Below, piece by piece: positions 45,917 through 52,830 of a stretch of 64,000 nucleotides of DNA (within the stretch, counting starts at the first letter, position 1; each line of letters starts with the position of its first letter). Source of the stretch: a virus (Duplodnaviria > Caudoviricetes); the IMG/VR virus record IMGVR_UViG_3300027898_000001. One strand, given 5' to 3'. The notes beneath the pieces were generated by a model, which made no database searches, was not told the origin of the DNA, and saw only the letters and a list, made by a program, of their open reading frames with translations. A program made the position numbers and the translations under genes.

Positions 45917-46378
45917 ATGGCTAAGACCATAGAAGTGCCAGCAGGTGAATTCAACCGTGCTTTGAGAAAACAACAACGCGCTGCCGCAAACACCGTTAAG
46001 TCTATCGAACGCGCTCTTGAAGCTGCACAAGCCGTTGCTGCTGGTGTTGAAGAACAACTCGCCCTAGTTAGTGGTGAAGCGCCTGCTAAAAAAGGCAAGA
46101 AAGTAAAAGCTGAAAAATCAGAAAAGAAATCTGGTAAGAAAGCTAAAGTTGCCAAGTCTGAAAAGGAAGAAAAACCTTCCAAGAAAGACAAGAAAGCCGG
46201 CAAGAAAGTAAAAGCTGAAAAGGAAGAAAAACCTTCCAAGAAAGACAAGAAAGCTAAAGCTACCAAGTCTGAAAAGTCAGGTAAGTCTGAAAAGAAATCC
46301 GGTAAGAAAGACAAAGTGAAAGTTAAAAAATCTGCAAAGCAAGCTGATGATGACTTCGGCGATTTTGACGACGAATAA
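45917..46378 (+). CDS. Lys-rich histone H1-like basic protein
   Basis: GGAG RBS; K/A/E/S low complexity; internal 40-bp direct repeat at 46158-46197 and 46215-46254. Confidence 0.75.
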   Translation: MAKTIEVPAGEFNRALRKQQRAAANTVKSIERALEAAQAVAAGVEEQLALVSGEAPAKKGKKVKAEKSEKKSGKKAKVAKSEKEEKPSKKDKKAGKKVKAEKEEKPSKKDKKAKATKSEKSGKSEKKSGKKDKVKVKKSAKQADDDFGDFDDE

Positions 46379-46417
46379 TAAGCATTAGTGGTTTAATGAA
46401 GAAGTTGTGTTAATAAA

Positions 46418-46445
46418 AATAGCGGCTATTTAGCCGCTATTTTTC
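46418..46445 (+). terminator. intrinsic terminator
   Basis: AATAGCGGCT-ATTT-AGCCGCTATT-TTTT. Confidence 0.8.
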
Positions 46446-46453
46446 TATCTGAG

Positions 46454-47179
46454 GTGTCGGTTATAATGCACTGGAAACATTCGCGTTATCAAATTTTAAA
46501 TACTATTGTTGCAAACTGCCACACGTATGATGAAGCGTACCGTGTATTGCGCGAGTTGGAAGAAGACCGCAGCTTGTCTATTGATCTTGCCTTGGCAGAA
46601 AGTAACAGGGCAAAAGCCAAAGTCTTATCTTCTAAGACTATATTGAATGATGATGAGGAGCAGCAGTATAACAAGTTAAGATCGCAAGCCGATTTAGATG
46701 AAACAAGAGCAAGACGCGATGTTGCACAAGCCTGTTTAGATGAAGCTAGACGCGAATTAGAATTTATACGTGAGTTGATTGTACTCATTGACCCTCATAG
46801 AACGTATAAAGATTTACCAGATTATGAAGCTCACCAACGCATACAATTCTTAGAGTGGAAACTTGACCTAGTCTGGAAATCCTACAGTATGATATGTGCA
46901 GTTGGTAATATCTCATACGATCATTTCATTAGTATAAAGATGCATCCACACGCAGATAAGATAATGCCTGTGATAAACGAATTCTTGTCCATGTCTCGTA
47001 CTGGCGAACACGATAAGTTATTATCATTTACAAAGAATGATGTGTTCTCTAAGGTTTGTTCTGAACAAGAAATTTATATAGCCTCACCTATATCCCACAC
47101 GTTGGAGCTACATTATGAACTTCCAGGAACTACAGTCGCAACTGCAGGACTTGAATTCAAAGATTCAGGAACTGAGTAG
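46454..47179 (+). CDS. hypothetical coiled-coil protein
   Basis: 241-aa ORF; start may be ATG 46466. Confidence 0.8.
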   Translation: MSVIMHWKHSRYQILNTIVANCHTYDEAYRVLRELEEDRSLSIDLALAESNRAKAKVLSSKTILNDDEEQQYNKLRSQADLDETRARRDVAQACLDEARRELEFIRELIVLIDPHRTYKDLPDYEAHQRIQFLEWKLDLVWKSYSMICAVGNISYDHFISIKMHPHADKIMPVINEFLSMSRTGEHDKLLSFTKNDVFSKVCSEQEIYIASPISHTLELHYELPGTTVATAGLEFKDSGTE

Positions 47180-47465
47180 TCAGGTATATAGATTATTATC
47201 TATTGATGATGCTTATACTTTTGTGTGTTACTACGATTTAACTGAAATGCGTATGGATTATACTCTGCTATGTAACGGCATAGAAGTTAAAACATTGCAA
47301 GGTATTCCAATTCCTGTATTTTTGTCGTATTCGCGTTTGCTCAAATCTGTTGAGCATTGGCAAGACGGTACTGTTACTGAATTCCCTATTGCTGTTGTAC
47401 TACATGAAGAAGTATGTGACGATAAGGAAAACGAGTTTAGTTTGGACGAAGCTGAATTGAGGTAA
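47115..47465 (+). CDS. hypothetical protein
   Basis: GGAG RBS; overlaps upstream gene. Confidence 0.7.
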   Translation: MNFQELQSQLQDLNSKIQELSSQVYRLLSIDDAYTFVCYYDLTEMRMDYTLLCNGIEVKTLQGIPIPVFLSYSRLLKSVEHWQDGTVTEFPIAVVLHEEVCDDKENEFSLDEAELR

Positions 47466-47469
47466 CACT

Positions 47470-48144
47470 ATGTTTAGTGTTTATGCGTGTGGTTGTGTAA
47501 AGAAGAATGTATCTTGTGTATCTAGGTGCGAAGAACATGAGCGCCACGTTGTATCTACGTTCAATCTACATATACCTACCGACCACAATAAAAAGACTTA
47601 CCGCACGGATAACACAACTATTGTGTATGACGATATTCTCACATCTTTAAATAACATGCGTGATAAAAGTGTATCTCTGATTTGCACGTATCCTAATCAA
47701 ACAGAGTTTTGGGCTAGGGAAGAGTGTGGCACTGTTCGCTATCAAGATAAACTGTTTAAGCATTACTACAGATTATTAAATGATAATGGTTATGTTGTAC
47801 TCTTGGTAGAGTCGAACTTAATAATGCCTGCAACGTATGCCGCGCATGAATATAATTTTATAGTCCACTCTATAACTTCTATTAACACACCAGAATTGAT
47901 TAATGTTGATTGTTATGTTTCTGATTCCTCGAAATTTGCTATAGTATTATCTAAATCAGAAACGCCACCAACTGTGCCTAAATCTCTATTTAGTTTATTG
48001 CGTAACGTCAAAGGCACTGTACTTGACACCTCGTGTTTCATTACAGATATTGTACTCCAATCGAGTTTAACTAATCGCACGATAGGTTTGTGTTGTAATA
48101 TACACCACTACAATACTATCGTAAGTGCTTTAAGGAAACGATGA
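47470..48144 (+). CDS. degenerate N4/N6 DNA methyltransferase-like protein
   Basis: IVYDDILTSLNNMRDKSVSLICTYP (DPPY position), YRLLNDNG, GTVLD follow the beta-class MTase layout. Confidence 0.45.
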   Translation: MFSVYACGCVKKNVSCVSRCEEHERHVVSTFNLHIPTDHNKKTYRTDNTTIVYDDILTSLNNMRDKSVSLICTYPNQTEFWAREECGTVRYQDKLFKHYYRLLNDNGYVVLLVESNLIMPATYAAHEYNFIVHSITSINTPELINVDCYVSDSSKFAIVLSKSETPPTVPKSLFSLLRNVKGTVLDTSCFITDIVLQSSLTNRTIGLCCNIHHYNTIVSALRKR

Positions 48145-48145
48145 T

Positions 48146-49822
48146 ATGCCAAAGAAAAAGAAATATGTTCCTATAGCAAAATCTAAATCGAATACTAGTG
48201 GTAAGCCAAGTGCTGCTAAGAAAGAGGCTATGGATCGTGCAAAAGGGAAAAAGATGAAACCTAAACCACCTAAGAAACAAAACGACTATAACGTAAAACT
48301 CAGTTCCCTAAATCCAAAAACTCCTAAGCAGTTGCCCGAGACATACCACACGTTAAAAGGTATGACACTTAGGCAACTGCTTCGTGGCACTCCAAAGTTA
48401 TTTATCAATAACGCTGCTGATGTTATCGTCACAAAGGTTGCTAAGACGAAAACAAAATCAGGTATGCCTGCAATGAGCTGCATAGCTTATACTTCTGATC
48501 CTTATCGTCCACACAAATTGCGTAGAGACCATAAGCTGCATATTATTGGCCTCGATAAAACTAAAACTAATACGCCAGATTTAATAACCCCTGTAAACAA
48601 ACATAAGAAGGTCCTAGTAAGTTGCGATTGTATTGTAGGAGAGACCAGAGTTCTAACGTCAGATGGCTTAAAGACGGTATTCGCTATAGTAGAAGAGCCA
48701 AAACCTTATCATTTTCCTATACAATATGATATAAATGGCACATTGCATAGCGGTACTGCACCCTACTATAAGGGTGAAGCAAAGGTATGGAAAATTACAT
48801 TAAGTAATGGATTAAGTATAACTGCAACAAAAGCACACAGATTTTTACAGCATGTGAATCTAGGTAATTGTAAGTTATTGGAGCAGTGGACAAGATTAAA
48901 AGACCTAAATGTTGGAGATAAACTTTTAACACACGAAAATAAGCAATCAAAAGTTACACGGGACACCGAATTTTGGGAATGTTTCTTTTTGGGTGTTATA
49001 GAAGGATATGGAACACGTCAGCGTTTAGGTACACCTACATTAAAACTGTATGGGCATAAAAAATCTATATTGAAGCCGCTTACAGCATTAGGCGTTGTAA
49101 GTAATATTACAGATACCTCGTGTGGAAAAGGAATCAACGTATTCTTTAATCACAGAGCACTTGAGATTTGCTATAAGCACGATTTTAAACATCATTCTGG
49201 AATACGATTCGGCTCTTTAAAATCTACTATTGGATATCTTTCTGGATTAATAGCTACTGACGGAACAACGTATAAAGAGGGTGATTTTCTGCTTCGTGGC
49301 AATAAAGATACTCTATCTAATCTAAATGAAGCATTGCTATCTTTCGGCTATACTAGAACTACCATTTATATGGAACGTGCATCGGGTATTTCTGAAAACA
49401 AGATAAATGGCATCCAATTAACATCAACTAAGGAATTATGGGCAATTAGATTTAGTAGACAATCCGGTTTGTTGGAGCAAATTGTTCTGTCTAAATACCA
49501 CAAGGATCGAATTGATTTTGATAAGCCTATGCAGCCGCGAAAACCATTTGTTACAATTGTTTCAATTCAGTACGCAGGCAAGCAAAAGGTATACGATATA
49601 ACTGTACCGGGAGTAGAACGATTTGTTGCTAATAGTCTAATCGTACACAATTGCGAGGCATTCGTATTTGGAGGTGCTGAGTATGCTAACGCTACACGCG
49701 GTGCTAGTCGTATTGTTTATGGTAATGGTAATCCACCTGTGATAACAAATCCTGGTCTCCACCCATTTGCTTGTAAGCACCTCGTGGCGTTTGCTTACAA
49801 AATAATTAAGAGCGATATGTAA
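48146..49822 (+). CDS. intein-containing protein; exteins form a SWIM-like CxC...CxH zinc finger (217 aa spliced)
   Basis: VSCD|CIVGET...LIVHN|CEAF...ACKHL. Confidence 0.8.
   Translation: MPKKKKYVPIAKSKSNTSGKPSAAKKEAMDRAKGKKMKPKPPKKQNDYNVKLSSLNPKTPKQLPETYHTLKGMTLRQLLRGTPKLFINNAADVIVTKVAKTKTKSGMPAMSCIAYTSDPYRPHKLRRDHKLHIIGLDKTKTNTPDLITPVNKHKKVLVSCDCIVGETRVLTSDGLKTVFAIVEEPKPYHFPIQYDINGTLHSGTAPYYKGEAKVWKITLSNGLSITATKAHRFLQHVNLGNCKLLEQWTRLKDLNVGDKLLTHENKQSKVTRDTEFWECFFLGVIEGYGTRQRLGTPTLKLYGHKKSILKPLTALGVVSNITDTSCGKGINVFFNHRALEICYKHDFKHHSGIRFGSLKSTIGYLSGLIATDGTTYKEGDFLLRGNKDTLSNLNEALLSFGYTRTTIYMERASGISENKINGIQLTSTKELWAIRFSRQSGLLEQIVLSKYHKDRIDFDKPMQPRKPFVTIVSIQYAGKQKVYDITVPGVERFVANSLIVHNCEAFVFGGAEYANATRGASRIVYGNGNPPVITNPGLHPFACKHLVAFAYKIIKSDM
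48629..49651 (+). mobile_element. intein (341 aa) with LAGLIDADG homing endonuclease domain
   Basis: Cys1 CIVGETRV, C-terminal HN, +1 Cys; FFLGVIEGYG and YLSGLIATDG motifs. Confidence 0.9.
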
Positions 49823-49825
49823 AAC

Positions 49826-49842
49826 TGTAAATACTGTAAATA
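49826..49842 (+). promoter_or_regulatory. tandem TGTAAATA boxes
   Basis: 49826-49833 and 49835-49842, ahead of 49882 and the divergent sigma. Confidence 0.7.
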
Positions 49843-49881
49843 CTGTATGTAACCACTCAACTTTTTAGGAGTAATCTTTAA

Positions 49882-50472
49882 ATGACAGAACAACTCGAAC
49901 ACAATACCGAAGAATCAGAAGTAGAACATAAATTGCGTTATGATTTGCAAATGGCTCAACAAGAAATTCGAGAATATGCGCAGCAATTGCAAAGCGCACG
50001 TAATCAAGTACAAACAGCATCGGTGCGTATTGCTGTGTTGGAAGAACAACGCGATAGTCTTACAAAACAATTGACCGAAGCAAACTTCAATGCGCGTATC
50101 GCACAACAAAACACATTGAATGACTATAACAGTGTACTGCAACGTGAACGTGAGTCCTTTGCTATTGAACGTGCCGGTCATCACCAAGAGCTTACCGAAG
50201 TCCGTGCTGAATTGGCAGAAGTATTTGAAAAGTTCGGACTTATTAAACACAAGCAAAAACTTTCAGAATCTGAATATTCCCAAATCTTTGACGCGGCCAC
50301 ATGGTTGTTGAATGTTGCTAGTAAATTCAACGGTAACATTGAAAAGACCTTAGGAACAGAATTGGATATCGCTTCGGTTATTGAAGCATCGCGTAAATAT
50401 CCTCTGCTTCGCACCAGCCACGAAAAGATTACCAATTCTAAACTGAAGGAAATCTTCAACTTTATTGACTAA
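49882..50472 (+). CDS. coiled-coil hypothetical protein
   Basis: AGGAG RBS; tandem TGTAAATA boxes upstream. Confidence 0.85.
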   Translation: MTEQLEHNTEESEVEHKLRYDLQMAQQEIREYAQQLQSARNQVQTASVRIAVLEEQRDSLTKQLTEANFNARIAQQNTLNDYNSVLQRERESFAIERAGHHQELTEVRAELAEVFEKFGLIKHKQKLSESEYSQIFDAATWLLNVASKFNGNIEKTLGTELDIASVIEASRKYPLLRTSHEKITNSKLKEIFNFID

Positions 50473-50486
50473 CACTCGGTGCGTAT

Positions 50487-51506
50487 ATGTCGTCTGATAA
50501 GAATTTAACTGGCGAACAGATACAGCAAGTGTTAGACTTAAATCTGTATAAAGCGTTAGAGCCAATAATTCTTTATACAGATTTATTTGACCAACAGGTA
50601 GCTTACATCCTGTCTGTTGTGTCAACTAATAGTAAGAGAAAGCCGAGTTCATTGCCTCGTACTCGTACAGTAGAGCTACTTTGTCAGTATCTTTTCACCA
50701 AGGATCGTGCGGAGAAGTTTTCTATTCTGCGTGAGGCAAGAATTGAGCGCTCTTTTTTGCACGTTTTCGCCAATCGCTTTCTACAACGTATCTCAAACTA
50801 TTTGACCAAGTACAACACGTTCTTAATGTGTGATACAGATAATCGAATTTTGCTAAAAGGTGAATTGGATACAATTGCACTACAAGCGGGTTGCAGTCAC
50901 AGGCAACACTTGTACGTTATAGCCACAGTTTCTTATAGTTACTTGGAGCACTTCTATAAATATCGTGCTCAAGTGTTAGAGAAATATATTAAACATGCTA
51001 GTAGCCAAGCAAAACGATTCACTACATCTAATGGTCCTAATTTTGATTTCAACGATGTTCGTCAAACCATTTTAAAAAGTATGCTACTCGCAATTGATAA
51101 ATATGACAGTAATAAAGGTGCGTTCACCAGTTATATAAATCAATGGGTTCTAAATGCACAAACCTGTAATACGTCAGAGCATGAATATGGTATAGCGTAC
51201 ACAGTGCCACAATCGCAGAGAAAGAAAATCGCAGAACATACCACAGGCTTTTTGAATCACAGTGTTAGCTTAGATGAATTAACCGATGATGATGGTCAAA
51301 CAAAAAGTTTACATAGTGTTATTGGTTCAGACGAGGCGTACCACGATGATGTTATCGCACAGAATCAGCGGGATATGTTTGTTCAGAAAATTGCTAAATT
51401 GGCTGATGTTCGCGGCTGTGTTAGATTGTTCTTTGATATTGGTGAATACTTCTCGCAAGAGGAAATTTCTAAAATGCGTAAACACACTGCCGAAGAGTGT
51501 AAATAA
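50487..51506 (+). CDS. divergent sigma-70-like factor (region 2 and 3, truncated region 4)
   Basis: DVRQTILKSMLLAIDKYDSNKGAFTSYINQWV (region 2.2-2.4), VSLDELTDDDG (region 3.2-like). Confidence 0.65.
   Translation: MSSDKNLTGEQIQQVLDLNLYKALEPIILYTDLFDQQVAYILSVVSTNSKRKPSSLPRTRTVELLCQYLFTKDRAEKFSILREARIERSFLHVFANRFLQRISNYLTKYNTFLMCDTDNRILLKGELDTIALQAGCSHRQHLYVIATVSYSYLEHFYKYRAQVLEKYIKHASSQAKRFTTSNGPNFDFNDVRQTILKSMLLAIDKYDSNKGAFTSYINQWVLNAQTCNTSEHEYGIAYTVPQSQRKKIAEHTTGFLNHSVSLDELTDDDGQTKSLHSVIGSDEAYHDDVIAQNQRDMFVQKIAKLADVRGCVRLFFDIGEYFSQEEISKMRKHTAEECK
51498..51505 (+). promoter_or_regulatory. TGTAAATA box (SSB)
   Basis: GAGTGTAAATA, 28 nt before 51533. Confidence 0.7.
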
Positions 51507-51532
51507 AAGTTTTATCACTAGGAGTTACTTGT

Positions 51533-52756
51533 ATGGCACAAAAAGGTATAGGCTCTGCTAAGCCTAGAAAAGGCAATAACGATAGCGCTAAGCTGGAAGA
51601 AGTTATCGACATTTACAAATTCCAAGATCACCCCGATGAGTGGGTTCGTATTCGTTTATTAGAAAAGGGTTTGATTGCAGTTCGCCGTCACTGGTGTAAA
51701 ATCGCAGCAGGTAAAACTAAGAAGTTAGTAACTGTTCCACGTTTCTGTATTTCATTTGACCCTGAGAATGAATCTGAGCCAAAAGCTGGTGTTGTTTGTC
51801 CATACTGTGAAGCTGACACTGGTGATCGGGATACAAGCCCCGTAACCTCAGAGTTCTTTTATCTAACTAACGCAATTATTCGTGATTTGCAAGAAGATGA
51901 ACCTGCACGTAAAGCAGAACCAACTTCAAAAGAAAAGAAAACAGGCATCAAAGACATTAAATCAAAATCTTGGACTCCTGTTCGTGTTGTACGTTTGACC
52001 AACGGCGTTGTATCACGCATTCAAGAGCTTGGTGAAACAAATATCGTTAAAGATAAAAAGAGTGGTAAGAAGAAATCATTCGATTTGTCTCACGTTAAAT
52101 ACGGCGTTGACATTAATGTGAAGTTTAAGCCTAAAGCCTCGGGTTCTGAAAAGTATTCTGTCGATAAAGCTGATGATGGTCGTTGTGCTATTACCGAAGA
52201 AGAAAACGAGTACCTAGTATTTGAATTGTCTGAAGGTTTGCTTGATCTTTGTGGTCGCATGGATCCAAAACAAGCGAAAGAAGACTTCAAACGTATGGAG
52301 CTTGTTGGTGGTGAAGAAGTAGATGACGAAGAAGATGAGGATGATGAAGTCCCATTGAAGAAGAAGAAAAAGAAATCCAAGTTTGACGATGACGAAGATG
52401 AGGACGATGTTCCTAAGAAGAAGAAAAAGTCTAAGTTTGACGATGATGAAGACGAAAAGTCTTCTAAGAAAAAGTCCAAGTCAGGTAAAAAGAAAAAGTC
52501 TAAGTTTGACGATGATGACGATGATGAAAAGCCTTCTAAGAAAAAGTCCAAGAAGTCTAAGTCAGACGATGACGAAGATGAGGACGATGTTCCTAAGAAG
52601 AAAAAGAAATCTTCAAAGTTTGACGATGATGAAGACGAAAAGTCTTCTAAGAAATCTAAGTCTTCGGATAAAAAGAAATCTAAGTCTGATGACAAGAAAT
52701 CAAAATCAGGCAAAAAGAAATCATCCAAGTTCGATGAAGATGATGACAACTGGTAA
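51533..52756 (+). CDS. gp32-like single-stranded DNA-binding protein with charged repeat tail
   Basis: IRLL..VRRHW, FC...CPYC zinc-like motif, adjacent to the recombinase; K-rich/D-rich tail. Confidence 0.6.
   Translation: MAQKGIGSAKPRKGNNDSAKLEEVIDIYKFQDHPDEWVRIRLLEKGLIAVRRHWCKIAAGKTKKLVTVPRFCISFDPENESEPKAGVVCPYCEADTGDRDTSPVTSEFFYLTNAIIRDLQEDEPARKAEPTSKEKKTGIKDIKSKSWTPVRVVRLTNGVVSRIQELGETNIVKDKKSGKKKSFDLSHVKYGVDINVKFKPKASGSEKYSVDKADDGRCAITEEENEYLVFELSEGLLDLCGRMDPKQAKEDFKRMELVGGEEVDDEEDEDDEVPLKKKKKKSKFDDDEDEDDVPKKKKKSKFDDDEDEKSSKKKSKSGKKKKSKFDDDDDDEKPSKKKSKKSKSDDDEDEDDVPKKKKKSSKFDDDEDEKSSKKSKSSDKKKSKSDDKKSKSGKKKSSKFDEDDDNW
52385..52654 (+). repeat. coding direct repeats in the SSB tail
   Basis: GACGATGACGAAGATGAGGACGATGTTCCTAAGAAGAA at 52385 and 52565; second block at about 52433 and 52616. 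Confidence 0.8.
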
Positions 52757-52780
52757 CAGTAGAAGTTTGCAGTTGGGTTA

Positions 52781-52804
52781 AGGGGGCTTCGGCCCCTATT
52801 TTTT
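52781..52804 (+). terminator. intrinsic terminator with UUCG loop
   Basis: GGGGC-TTCG-GCCCC-TATTTTTT. Confidence 0.85.
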
Positions 52805-52830
52805 CGCTCAAACCTTATGGGGATTAATAA

